DNA from: Candidatus Cloacimonadota bacterium
GTDB lineage: Bacteria > Cloacimonadota > Cloacimonadia > Cloacimonadales > WRIO01
DNA length: 64,000 nucleotides
Assembly (NCBI GenBank): GCA_029564175.1
Contig: JAKQQL010000192.1
Location: 8,753-72,752, forward strand
Reading direction: 5' to 3'
A program made the translations under genes and the position numbers. Of this stretch, positions 38,075 to 47,552 are shown piece after piece. Each line of letters begins with the position of its first letter. Within the stretch, counting starts at the first letter, position 1. The notes under the pieces were generated by a model that did no database searches, was not told the DNA's origin, and saw only the letters and a program-made list of their open reading frames with translations.

Positions 38075-39619
38075 ATGATGTTTGCTCGTTCGATATCTTA
38101 TACTTTAAATGGAATAGATGCAGAAAAACTATGTATTGAATGTGATGCCAAGCATGGTACTTTTAGTTTTAACATGGTAGGATTACCTTCCAATTCGGTG
38201 AAAGAGAGTAAAGACAGGGTTGCAGCAGCGATTATTAATGCCGGATATCAGTTTCACGCACGCCGATATACTGTTAATCTGGCACCGGCAGATCTCAAAA
38301 AAGATGATGTGGGGCTTGATTTACCGATAGCGATTGCATTGATGGCAGCGACCAAACAGGTTAGAAGTCTGAAAATGGAAAAATGTGCGATTGTCGGAGA
38401 ATTGTCTCTGGATGGAGAAGTCAGACCGGTAAGAGGAATATTACCCATTGCTCTGGCAGCAAAACGCGACAATCTGGATGGTATCATCGTGCCAAAAGAG
38501 AATGCAGAAGAAGCTGCTATGATTGAGGGTTTAGCTGTTTACCCGGTGGAGTCTCTGAGAGATACGGTGGAGTTTTTGGAAAACAGCATTCAGATAGAAC
38601 CCTGTGTTATCAATACCGAAGATATTTTTTCCAATATGAGTCATGTTGTGGATGATATGTTTGATGTTAAAGGTCAGTTTCATGTGAAACGGGCTTTGGA
38701 AGTCTCTGCAAGTGGAGGACATAATCTGTTGATGATAGGACCTCCTGGTTCTGGAAAGACTATGCTTGCAAGAAGACTTGCCTCTATTCTCCCTGAGTTT
38801 AGCATGGAAGAATCCCTGGAAACAACTAAGATTTTCTCTGTTGCCGGTTTACTCACTGGAACAAACAAAGGGATTATAACTAACCGTCAGTTTCGCTCGC
38901 CTCATCATACCATTTCAGATATTGCCTTGATAGGTGGTGGCTCATATCCAAAACCAGGAGAAGTATCATTGGCACATAATGGTGTTTTATTTTTAGATGA
39001 ATTACCCGAATTTAAAAAATCAGCTCTGGAAGTGCTCAGGCAGCCACTTGAAGATGGTTTTGTTACGATTGCAAGGGCAACGCAGACCTTATCTTTTCCT
39101 GCCAAATTTATCCTGATTGCCTCGATGAATCCCTGTCCATGCGGATATTATGGCTCTCATATAGAAGGACATTCTTGTAGTTGTGGTCAGCAGCAGATTA
39201 TTCGTTATCGCTCAAAAGTATCAGGGCCTTTATTGGACAGGATCGATTTACATATTGAAGTACCTCAGATGCATTATAGCGATTTGATGGCTGTTCCAAA
39301 TGGAGAAAAATCTGTTGATATTCGCAAAAGAGTAAACCTGTGTCGTCAGATTCAACTGGAACGATTTAAAAATGAATCTATTTATTGTAATGCACAGATG
39401 TCATCTAAGTTAATTAGAAAATACTGTGAGCTTGATGAAGAAAGTAAGGAATTGTTAAGGGTAGCGATGCAGAAAAAAGGCTTATCTGCCAGAGCTTATG
39501 ACAGAATCCTTAAAGTTTCACGAACAATAGCCGATTTGGATAATAGTGAGAGAATAAAAGTTCAGCATCTCAGTGAGGCTGTTAACTACCGGAGTCTGGA
39601 CAGAAAATACTGGGATTGA
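38075..39619 (+). CDS. comM: YifB/ComM Mg-chelatase-like AAA+ ATPase
   Basis: NLAPADLKK, GELSLDG, GPPGSGKT, FRSPHH, LFLDELPEF, NPCPCG, SGPLLDRID, SARAYDRILKVSRTIADL. Confidence 0.93.
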   Translation: MMFARSISYTLNGIDAEKLCIECDAKHGTFSFNMVGLPSNSVKESKDRVAAAIINAGYQFHARRYTVNLAPADLKKDDVGLDLPIAIALMAATKQVRSLKMEKCAIVGELSLDGEVRPVRGILPIALAAKRDNLDGIIVPKENAEEAAMIEGLAVYPVESLRDTVEFLENSIQIEPCVINTEDIFSNMSHVVDDMFDVKGQFHVKRALEVSASGGHNLLMIGPPGSGKTMLARRLASILPEFSMEESLETTKIFSVAGLLTGTNKGIITNRQFRSPHHTISDIALIGGGSYPKPGEVSLAHNGVLFLDELPEFKKSALEVLRQPLEDGFVTIARATQTLSFPAKFILIASMNPCPCGYYGSHIEGHSCSCGQQQIIRYRSKVSGPLLDRIDLHIEVPQMHYSDLMAVPNGEKSVDIRKRVNLCRQIQLERFKNESIYCNAQMSSKLIRKYCELDEESKELLRVAMQKKGLSARAYDRILKVSRTIADLDNSERIKVQHLSEAVNYRSLDRKYWD

Positions 39620-39697
39620 TATGATAAGCATTTATGAAAATTAATACTTTCATAAAGGGTTAGATAATAATAATGAATCAGAGAGAAAGCAGGATAA

Positions 39698-39859
39698 ATG
39701 AAAAATAAAGATTACTCAAAGGTGATTAAAACCCTGATAATCTTAAATCTGGTAATGGTAATAATTGTTTTACTGGCATATTGCGCTAAAACGAAAGATT
39801 ACTCCGGTTACAAAGTTAAGAATATTATTGAGTTTCACAGGGGTATTCAGAAAAAGTAA
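39698..39859 (+). CDS. Small single-TM hypothetical protein, absent from the ORF track
   Basis: AGGA RBS; MKNKDYSKVIKTLIILNLVMVIIVLLAYCAKTKDYSGYKVKNIIEFHRGIQKK* (53 aa); terminator follows directly. Confidence 0.55.
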   Translation: MKNKDYSKVIKTLIILNLVMVIIVLLAYCAKTKDYSGYKVKNIIEFHRGIQKK

Positions 39860-39861
39860 AA

Positions 39862-39911
39862 AAAAGCGTTTTTGATGACAGAATGACAATCATGTTATCA
39901 AGAACGCTTTT
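39862..39911. terminator. Long bidirectional hairpin/terminator
   Basis: AAAAGCGTTTTTGATGACA-N12-TGTTATCAAGAACGCTTTT, a 19-bp stem with two G-U pairs, between convergent genes. Confidence 0.7.
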
Positions 39912-39919
39912 AACAGTAT

Positions 39920-40258
39920 CTATTGTTTTAGCTCCATCAGATTGTTTTTTGCACATTCAACCATATTCATAAAACTCTGAATTTTTTCACATGCAAAATC
40001 ACTACATTCTGCGCAGTGGTTAATCTTGTGATCAATTACACAGGATCTGATATTGCATTCATTACAATGTGCGAATTTAATTCCTTCTTTCATACATCCG
40101 GTACAGTTCACGTTTTCTGGTTGGATATTAGCCTGATACATTTCAGACCATTCTTTAGCGACTTTTTCACGTAATTGATTATCATTGTTTTCTGTTGCAA
40201 TTCTGGCTTCACAAATTTGGCAATCCAGACCACAGGCTCCCTGGTTTAATGATTTCAT
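39920..40258 (-). CDS. DUF3795 family Cys-rich protein
   Basis: ACGLDC..C, C.GC, C..C.IR.C, HCAEC.DF.C. Confidence 0.85.
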   Translation of the reverse strand: MKSLNQGACGLDCQICEARIATENNDNQLREKVAKEWSEMYQANIQPENVNCTGCMKEGIKFAHCNECNIRSCVIDHKINHCAECSDFACEKIQSFMNMVECAKNNLMELKQ

Positions 40259-40273
40259 GATCTCTTCCTTTTT

Positions 40274-41590
40274 TTAATATTCTTCTGCAATCAGTTCACC
40301 ATCAACTATTGAATATGAAACCTGTCCGGTTTCCTCATTAATATTGATAGATTTTTTTAAAATACGGATATACACGCCTGGAAAAATCTTTTTGAATATC
40401 AGTATATGTTTTGGTAAAACATCTTCATTTTTGAGTGTTTTATTGATTTCGTTTTCCAGTTTTGTTTCAAGATCTTGTAATTTATCTGATAAATCAGAAA
40501 ATTCAGAGCTGTCAGTCTGATTATACTCTCTCATTTTCATGATTTGTTTGGTAAGCAGAAGCATTTTTTCTTTGGTAAAAGGGGAAATGGATATTTCAGT
40601 TTCAGTGTTCATCATACTTGCATTTCCAATGATAGCTGCTTCAATGTGCTCACCACTTTGAATAATGCCACCAACAATAGAACTGTTTTCTTCATTACCA
40701 AATACTCCTTTTTCAGCCATCAGACGACAGAAATGAGCATTTTTATCAAATGAGATCTTGCCACCGCAAGCTATTCTTGAATTTTCAGCATTTTGAAAGT
40801 GAATGTCTCCTTCGGCTATTATACCAGGTTGTCTGCAATTTAGAATATTCCCTATCACATTGATATTACCGGTTGCATTAACGGAGGCATCCTCAATGTC
40901 TTGTTCGACAGTTAAATCCCCATCAATAAAGAGTTGGGCTTTTTCACAGATATTGCCTTTAACAATCAGATTTCCGAACAATTTAAAATTTTCATATCCT
41001 AAATCAATATCGTGCTCAATAATAAAATCACTCTTAACATGAATTCTGTTCAATTCGTCAATCCATGGATATCCTGAACGCGTGGCAATGATTTGACCTC
41101 TATCATGGATGTATTCTGTATTTTCGCCTAAATACTGGTTAATAAGAAAATTCTCAGAACTTTCAGGGTTTACTTCTTCTCCAAAAATATTAATTCCTGT
41201 TTTTGCAGGGCGTGTAACAAAAAGATGAGCCAGGGCTTCTCCTTTATGGATTTTATTAAGATTATCCAAAAGGAAGAACTGATTACCAATTGAGCTGTGA
41301 TAACATCTGTCCTGGTTAAACAGGGGGGAGAACTCTATTTCAGGTTCTTTGGTTTTTTGACCGATGGCAATTGGAAAGGGAGTTCCAAATTCTTTTTTTA
41401 TATCATTTTCTTTAATGAAATCCATCGCTTTGTCGATTCCATAAAGAATGCCAGACTCTTCAATCAGTTTTACAATTTCTGTTTCATTAATAAATTCATC
41501 ATTATCGTGAATGGTCAGATAGGCATTATATGCATCATCTGATATTTCTAACGTAATATTTTGTGTGGGATTACTAAATGTTTGGCTCAT
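40274..41590 (-). CDS. FapA/DUF342 family protein
   Basis: AYLTI, GILYGID, G.NIFGE, ATRSG, beta-solenoid GNLIVKGNI repeats, C-terminal coiled coil and IFPGV. Confidence 0.8.
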   Translation of the reverse strand: MSQTFSNPTQNITLEISDDAYNAYLTIHDNDEFINETEIVKLIEESGILYGIDKAMDFIKENDIKKEFGTPFPIAIGQKTKEPEIEFSPLFNQDRCYHSSIGNQFFLLDNLNKIHKGEALAHLFVTRPAKTGINIFGEEVNPESSENFLINQYLGENTEYIHDRGQIIATRSGYPWIDELNRIHVKSDFIIEHDIDLGYENFKLFGNLIVKGNICEKAQLFIDGDLTVEQDIEDASVNATGNINVIGNILNCRQPGIIAEGDIHFQNAENSRIACGGKISFDKNAHFCRLMAEKGVFGNEENSSIVGGIIQSGEHIEAAIIGNASMMNTETEISISPFTKEKMLLLTKQIMKMREYNQTDSSEFSDLSDKLQDLETKLENEINKTLKNEDVLPKHILIFKKIFPGVYIRILKKSININEETGQVSYSIVDGELIAEEY

Positions 41591-42306
41591 TGGATGATTC
41601 CTATAACTGATAATTGGCGGTTATTTCCTTTGTCCCTACGGAAAGAAAAATAGTTTTGGTTTTCATAAGTACATTCAGGTATTAATTGAATTTGATTATT
41701 CTTAATTTTTTCTGCCTCAAGCTGAAAAGACAGCATTTCAGGTATGTTAATTTTATACGAGGACTCGTTGAACTTTTTTTCAATAAACTCCTGACTCAGA
41801 ATTTCTGAGTTGGATTTATAGAAATGATGATAGGTATTTTTATCGACTTCATAGTGATTTGCTGATATTCCAGCACCAATAACAATATGTAAGTCATTTG
41901 ACTGACATTTGAATTCATCAATCATTTTTTGAATTGTTTTTCCAAGTATATTGAGTCTTGTTCCTTCGCGTCCAGAATGGACAGCTGCAATTGCTTTTTG
42001 TTTTTTATCATAAATCAAAATGGGAAAACAATCGGCAGTACGGACGCATAAAAAAAGGTTTTTCGTATTGGTAATCATTGCGTCAGCAAGTGGAATTTCC
42101 GGCACATTATCAATAAATCCAGCTCCTGCATGAGCATCATTCACATTAACAATGACATCGCCAGCAGTTTGCTCCATTCTGACAAGCCGTTCATAAGGGA
42201 TGACCAAATGAGACAGTTGAATTGCCTGTCTTTCTTTTAACAAAGTACGATAATCGTTTTTTTTATCTCCATGCCAGACAAAAATGTTTTCACAAATATA
42301 TTCCAT
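41587..42306 (-). CDS. pgeF: PgeF/YfiH (laccase-domain) family protein
   Basis: ADAMIT, RTADCFPI, AAVHSG, CTYE...FSFRR; start uncertain (42306-42369). Confidence 0.85.
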   Translation of the reverse strand: MEYICENIFVWHGDKKNDYRTLLKERQAIQLSHLVIPYERLVRMEQTAGDVIVNVNDAHAGAGFIDNVPEIPLADAMITNTKNLFLCVRTADCFPILIYDKKQKAIAAVHSGREGTRLNILGKTIQKMIDEFKCQSNDLHIVIGAGISANHYEVDKNTYHHFYKSNSEILSQEFIEKKFNESSYKINIPEMLSFQLEAEKIKNNQIQLIPECTYENQNYFSFRRDKGNNRQLSVIGIIQ

Positions 42307-42427
42307 AAATCTCATTATCCTCATTTCATACTTTGTAAGTAAAAAAAATGAAAATTGTAATAAAGTCAATACTTTTCTTAAAAGTTTTTTATATTTGACT
42401 GGAAGTGAGACAATTATGACTCATAAT

Positions 42428-42451
42428 AAAAAAGGCTGCCGAAGCAGCCTT
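42428..42451 (-). terminator. Intrinsic terminator of the glycogen operon
   Basis: AAGGCTGC-TTCG-GCAGCCTT followed by Ts on the minus strand. Confidence 0.85.
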
Positions 42452-42457
42452 GAGTTT

Positions 42458-45019
42458 CTATCTCCATTTAATGAGTTTTCGCTCTTTATAGAGTCTAAAA
42501 TTGTATTTAGGTTTGATTCTGACACTGAGGTTTTGATATCCTGATTTTTTGAGACGGAAAGAACAAGTATATTTTACTACATTATCAGAGTATTTTTCAA
42601 CAAAGTCAAGCGGAATAATTTCAAAATTATCCTGATTATCGAGCTGATAAAAGAGTTCGACTTCAAAGAGCTGATGTTCTGCCTGATCAAGGTAAACATA
42701 AGACTCAATATCTACGATATCTCCACTGGTAATCTTTTCTTCATCTGGGAATTTTAAGAAGAAATCCTTAATAAAAATTTTATCCCATACTGTAGCTGCT
42801 TTAGATTCGATTTCGAGTATATCATTCAAAATCTTGTAATTATCTGAAGATATTTGCTCATACAGATAAATGCTTGGAATATAGAATTTTTTACCATATT
42901 CATCAAGCATACGGTGCATATTGAATCCCATTCCGACAGTGTACATAGAGCGTTTCATCATCCTGATCCAACGGATAGGGTAATTTGCCTGATCACGTTC
43001 ATAGTAAAGCGGAGCAATTTCATTTTCAATCAGGTCATAGATCTGCTCTGCTTCCATTCTCTGAGCAGTCTCATAATCACTGTAATAATCTGCTGCATTG
43101 ATTGCCCATCCGTTTTTCCCATCATAACATTCAGGCCACCAGCCATCGAGCACACTACAGTTGAGTACACCGTTAATACCGGCTTTCATTCCGGAGGTAC
43201 CACTGGCTTCCATTGGTTTGACAGGATTATTCAACCAAACATCCACACCCTGAACGATATGACGGGCAACGTTCATGTCATAGTCTTCAATAAAGAGAAA
43301 TTTGTCTTCTACATTGTTTTGTCTGGCAAATTCGATAATACCTTTAATCAGTTTTTTTCCTTCTATATCTGCAGGATGGGCTTTGCCGGCAAATAGAAAC
43401 TGAACAGGCCTTTCCTTATTGTTTAGAATCCTAAGTAATCTTTCAGGATTTTTTAACAGCAGGGTTGCTCTTTTATACTGGGCAAAACGACGGGCAAAGC
43501 CTATTGTCAGATAACTGTGATGTAAAATTCGTTTACCTGGATTGCTGGTACTTTGTGTAAGCCCTTTATCTTGTGAAAAGCGAACGATTCTGTTTCTGAT
43601 AAAAGAAATCATTTGTTCTTTTCTTTGCAGATGTGCTTCCCATATTTCATTGTCTGGTATCATCAGTACATTATTCCAAACATGCTTACGTTCAGATGCA
43701 TGCAGATATTCAGGTCCTACATAGCGATTATAAAGAATCGTTAATTGTTTACTGAGCCATGTTTGCAGGTGAACGCCATTGGTAATTGCAGTAATTGGCA
43801 CTTCACTGTCACAAAGATTAGGGTAAATCTTATGCCACATTTTTCTGGAAACATGAGAGTGTAATTCAGAAACACCATTAATGTATTTGGAAAATCTGAT
43901 TGCCATGGCAGGTAGCCAGAAATTATGATCATCACCCTCAATCTCGCCATAAGAGATCATTTCCTGATAATTGATGCCTATCGCTTCAATCTTATCTTTC
44001 AGATATTTATCAATCAGTTTCTTATCAAAATGTTCATTTCCTTCAACAACCGGAGTGTGAGTGGTAAATACTGAACGGGCTTTGATGATGTTTTTTGCCT
44101 GATTAAAACTTAACTTTTGCTCGACCATCAGTTTTCTGAGCAGTTCAAAGATAATAAAGGCAGAATGCCCCTCATTCATATGATAAACAGTTGGCTCAAT
44201 CTTAAGATACTCCATGATCTTCATCGAACCGTAAGCCAGTAGGATTTCTTGAAGGATTCGCTTTTCTCTGTCAGCTTCATACAGCAGATGAGTAATGCTT
44301 TGGTATTGAGGTGGATTTTGAGGCAGATCGGTATCAAGCAGGTAAAGTTTGATCTTGCCTACATTGATTATCCAGACTTTGAAGAAGAGCTTTTGGTTAT
44401 GAATATTGATGTCCAGAATCAAGTCCATATTCTTGTCATCTTTGACAGTTTTAACAGGTTTTTGACCCCATTCAATCAACTTATAGGCCTCTTCCTGCAT
44501 TCCTTCAGGGTTTATTCTCTGACTGAAATAACCATATTTATACAGAATACCAAAGGCATACATGGGAATCGCCTGATCTGAAGCTGCTTTAAGGTAATCG
44601 CCGGCAAGGATGCCCAGACCGCCTGAATAGATAGGCAATGACTCATGTAAACCATATTCCATACACAAATAAGCGACTTTTGCCGGATGATCCATTGTCC
44701 ATTTTTCGCCATTAATTTCAAAATCAGTATTATCAAAATTGAGGTATTCCTGATAACCCGTATAGACTTTATCCAGTTCATACAGATAGCCGGAGTCAGT
44801 TGACAATTCTTCCAGTCTTTCATTAGTGATTTCAGAAAGCAGTTTAACCGGATTGTGTTCACATTTTCTGTAAAGCATCGGATCAATATGGCTAAACAAA
44901 TCATAAGCATCTTTATCCCAGGTTGACCATACATTGTAAGCCAGCTCTTCCAGTCTGTGCAGACTTTCTGGAATTCTGGGTTTTACATGGATACTGGTAA
45001 AACGTGGTTTTTTAATCAT
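42458..45019 (-). CDS. glgP: Alpha-glucan (glycogen) phosphorylase, GT35
   Basis: YSGGLGILAGD, HMNEGH, FTTHTP, TNGVH, FARRFA.YKRA, EASGTSGMK (PLP Lys). Confidence 0.96.
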   Translation of the reverse strand: MIKKPRFTSIHVKPRIPESLHRLEELAYNVWSTWDKDAYDLFSHIDPMLYRKCEHNPVKLLSEITNERLEELSTDSGYLYELDKVYTGYQEYLNFDNTDFEINGEKWTMDHPAKVAYLCMEYGLHESLPIYSGGLGILAGDYLKAASDQAIPMYAFGILYKYGYFSQRINPEGMQEEAYKLIEWGQKPVKTVKDDKNMDLILDINIHNQKLFFKVWIINVGKIKLYLLDTDLPQNPPQYQSITHLLYEADREKRILQEILLAYGSMKIMEYLKIEPTVYHMNEGHSAFIIFELLRKLMVEQKLSFNQAKNIIKARSVFTTHTPVVEGNEHFDKKLIDKYLKDKIEAIGINYQEMISYGEIEGDDHNFWLPAMAIRFSKYINGVSELHSHVSRKMWHKIYPNLCDSEVPITAITNGVHLQTWLSKQLTILYNRYVGPEYLHASERKHVWNNVLMIPDNEIWEAHLQRKEQMISFIRNRIVRFSQDKGLTQSTSNPGKRILHHSYLTIGFARRFAQYKRATLLLKNPERLLRILNNKERPVQFLFAGKAHPADIEGKKLIKGIIEFARQNNVEDKFLFIEDYDMNVARHIVQGVDVWLNNPVKPMEASGTSGMKAGINGVLNCSVLDGWWPECYDGKNGWAINAADYYSDYETAQRMEAEQIYDLIENEIAPLYYERDQANYPIRWIRMMKRSMYTVGMGFNMHRMLDEYGKKFYIPSIYLYEQISSDNYKILNDILEIESKAATVWDKIFIKDFFLKFPDEEKITSGDIVDIESYVYLDQAEHQLFEVELFYQLDNQDNFEIIPLDFVEKYSDNVVKYTCSFRLKKSGYQNLSVRIKPKYNFRLYKERKLIKWR

Positions 45020-46211
45020 TTAATCTTTCCTCCAGATCAGCTAAGGCATTTATAAAATAGATATAAGCCTGTTCAGGGGAGTCGTAAGGTGAGAAGTATT
45101 TATGAACGTCTCCATCCTGAAAATACTTGGTACACATATAGTAGAAATGGTCAGAAGTGCTTAATTTTCTTGCATCTTCCATCAGATCATAACGTCCCTT
45201 TTCCCTGATTTTTTCGACAAGCTCATAGAATGTTTCTATCGCATTTTTTTGCATATCATTTTCCAGCCATGCAGATAAGTCACGCTCTGCATCTGCCCAG
45301 GAGACAGGTTCAGGGAAGGAGAGGGTTTCCTGCTGGTAATTGGATAATTCATAAGCCTGGGAAGGCCATGCAAATCCCAGATTCGGATTTTGAAGTACAC
45401 GTTCCGGTAATTTCTCCATAAACTTGAAGATACCTGTTTCTTCCCATTGGTGTTCGCCGAATGTTTCATAATCCATAAAGAGATTGAGAAACATATTGCG
45501 CCCTTTTTCTTCCTTAAAAGTAAGCTGTTCAACCCAATGAACAAACTTATCGACTGTCAGTGGAAATTCAGGCCAGTCTCTGTTGGAAAAACGGAAGGCA
45601 ATATCATCAGACAACTGATAGTATTTGAGCAGAAGACTGATGTCGCCAGTATAATTTTTGTAAGCATATAGTGGAGAACGCCAGCCTAAAATACGGTCAA
45701 CGCCTTCTGTCAAAATCGTCTTAAAGCCTTCAATGTCATAGATGATGTCAGACAATTTATCCTGATAGATCAATTCTGTATTACGGAAAGTCGTTGTATA
45801 ATAATTAAATTCTTTTTTCATCAGATTTCTGTGCATTTCGACTTGTTCCAGAAACTCTTCAGTATCGTACAGTAAGGCCAGTGAGTGATAATAAGTCTCT
45901 CCGATAAACTCCACACAGCCGGTTTCTGCCAGTGCTTTAAATGAATCCAATACATCCGGACGGTATTTTTTAAATTGTTCAATTGCCACACCTGTAACCG
46001 AATATGAGATTTTAAACTGACCTTTAAATTGTTTGATCAGTTTCAGCATCAGATTATTAGTTGGAATATAGCATTTGTCAGCCACTTTATGAGTAACCAG
46101 TTCATTAAGCTTATGATCAAAATAGTCATGGTTTTTACCAATTTCCAAAGCGCTGTAATGTTTCAGACGGTAAGGTTGGTGCACCTGAAAGTAGAAAACT
46201 AAGTTTAACAT
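45012..46211 (-). CDS. GH57 alpha-amylase-like protein
   Basis: QVHQP, ETYYHS, FRNTEL, SDDIAFRFS, DYETFGEHQ, SDHFYYM. Confidence 0.92.
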   Translation of the reverse strand: MLNLVFYFQVHQPYRLKHYSALEIGKNHDYFDHKLNELVTHKVADKCYIPTNNLMLKLIKQFKGQFKISYSVTGVAIEQFKKYRPDVLDSFKALAETGCVEFIGETYYHSLALLYDTEEFLEQVEMHRNLMKKEFNYYTTTFRNTELIYQDKLSDIIYDIEGFKTILTEGVDRILGWRSPLYAYKNYTGDISLLLKYYQLSDDIAFRFSNRDWPEFPLTVDKFVHWVEQLTFKEEKGRNMFLNLFMDYETFGEHQWEETGIFKFMEKLPERVLQNPNLGFAWPSQAYELSNYQQETLSFPEPVSWADAERDLSAWLENDMQKNAIETFYELVEKIREKGRYDLMEDARKLSTSDHFYYMCTKYFQDGDVHKYFSPYDSPEQAYIYFINALADLEERLND

Positions 46212-46235
46212 AAAAATTCTCCTTTGAAGGTTGGC

Positions 46236-47552
46236 TTAAAGCATTTCATCATAAACGCTTATGATTTTATCTGCAGCTTCACTCCAACTAATAGATTGGA
46301 CTTCTAATCGACCTTTTTCACCCATTTCCTGACATTCATCAGGATTCTCAATTAAATAATTAACAATTTCTGACATTTTCTTTGTATCCCAGAAATCCAC
46401 TTTATATGCATGATTTACCACTTCCGATACACCTGATTGTTTTGATATAATGGCGGTTACACCATAAGCCATTGCTTCAAGCGGGGCAATACCAAAAGGT
46501 TCTGAAACGGAAGGTAATATATAGATATCGACACTATTTAGTATTGTCTCGACTTGTTTTCTGTTCAGGAAACCGGCAAAAATAAAGCGGTTTCTGAGTC
46601 TGAGAAAGGCAGATCTGTGGAGTAGTTTTCTCGACATATCGCCTGTTCCTGCCATAATAAATCGTGCATGCGGGTGAACTTTGAGCACTTCATTGGCAAT
46701 CTCGATAAAGTAATCAGGTCCTTTTTGCAGAGTAATTCTACCTAAAAAGAGGATGGTTGGCCCTTTAAAAATTCTGTCTTTCTGGTCAGCAATCAAATCT
46801 CCTACATCGTATGCATTGTGAATAATACGAATCTTTCCTGAATCTATATGATAACGGGATATCACCATATTGGCAGTATATTTTGAAACACAAATCACTC
46901 TGTCTGCATAGGACATGCCGTCATATTCCAGATTGTGTATTCTTTCATCACCCACTCCGCCTGATCTGTCAAATTCTGTGGCGTGCATGTGGGCAATTAA
47001 AGGTTTACCGGTTAATCGTTTAGCCAGCATGCCTGCCGGATAGGTTAGCCAGTCGTGAGAATGAATCAGATCAAAATCAAGCGTTTTGGCAAATTTTTCA
47101 GCACGGACAGTCAGTTCCTGAACTTTTTTAAATATATTTTCCTCACCCAGTAAATAGATTTTTAAGTCTTGCCAAATCTTTTCCTGAATGGTGGTGTGAT
47201 GATGTTTTTCAACAACGACTTTTTCGACAACTTTAGTCCATGATTTTAATTCAGAACCATTTATGTAAGTCTCTGGTGAAAAGCTAACGCCTAGATACTC
47301 CAGTCTTTTGGTTAAGGTTTCGTGAGTAATTCTTTCATATTCTTTGTGTTTTATAGGATCAAGGAAAACTACAGGCAATGTGTCTGCATCTTCCACTTTT
47401 CTGAGTGGAAAATACACCATATCTTTGGTTGGCAATACCAGATCGACTTCAATACCTGATTGTAGCAATGCTTTTACCATGCCGTAACATGCCATTGCCA
47501 GTCCTCCGGCAATTAAAGGTGGAAATTCCCAGGTAAACATCAGAATTTTCAT
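46236..47552 (-). CDS. GT4 glycosyltransferase (probable glycogen synthase)
   Basis: WEFPP..AGGL, HSHDWLT, HATEFDR, GRITLQKG, EPFGIAPLEA; located in the glycogen operon. Confidence 0.85.
   Translation of the reverse strand: MKILMFTWEFPPLIAGGLAMACYGMVKALLQSGIEVDLVLPTKDMVYFPLRKVEDADTLPVVFLDPIKHKEYERITHETLTKRLEYLGVSFSPETYINGSELKSWTKVVEKVVVEKHHHTTIQEKIWQDLKIYLLGEENIFKKVQELTVRAEKFAKTLDFDLIHSHDWLTYPAGMLAKRLTGKPLIAHMHATEFDRSGGVGDERIHNLEYDGMSYADRVICVSKYTANMVISRYHIDSGKIRIIHNAYDVGDLIADQKDRIFKGPTILFLGRITLQKGPDYFIEIANEVLKVHPHARFIMAGTGDMSRKLLHRSAFLRLRNRFIFAGFLNRKQVETILNSVDIYILPSVSEPFGIAPLEAMAYGVTAIISKQSGVSEVVNHAYKVDFWDTKKMSEIVNYLIENPDECQEMGEKGRLEVQSISWSEAADKIISVYDEML

Noticed and set aside
42854-45671. 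Several antisense or alternative-frame ORFs (up to 180 aa) within glgP and GH57
   Set aside because: Fully overlapped by strongly conserved genes; typical shadow ORFs, like the other short nested ORFs in the track
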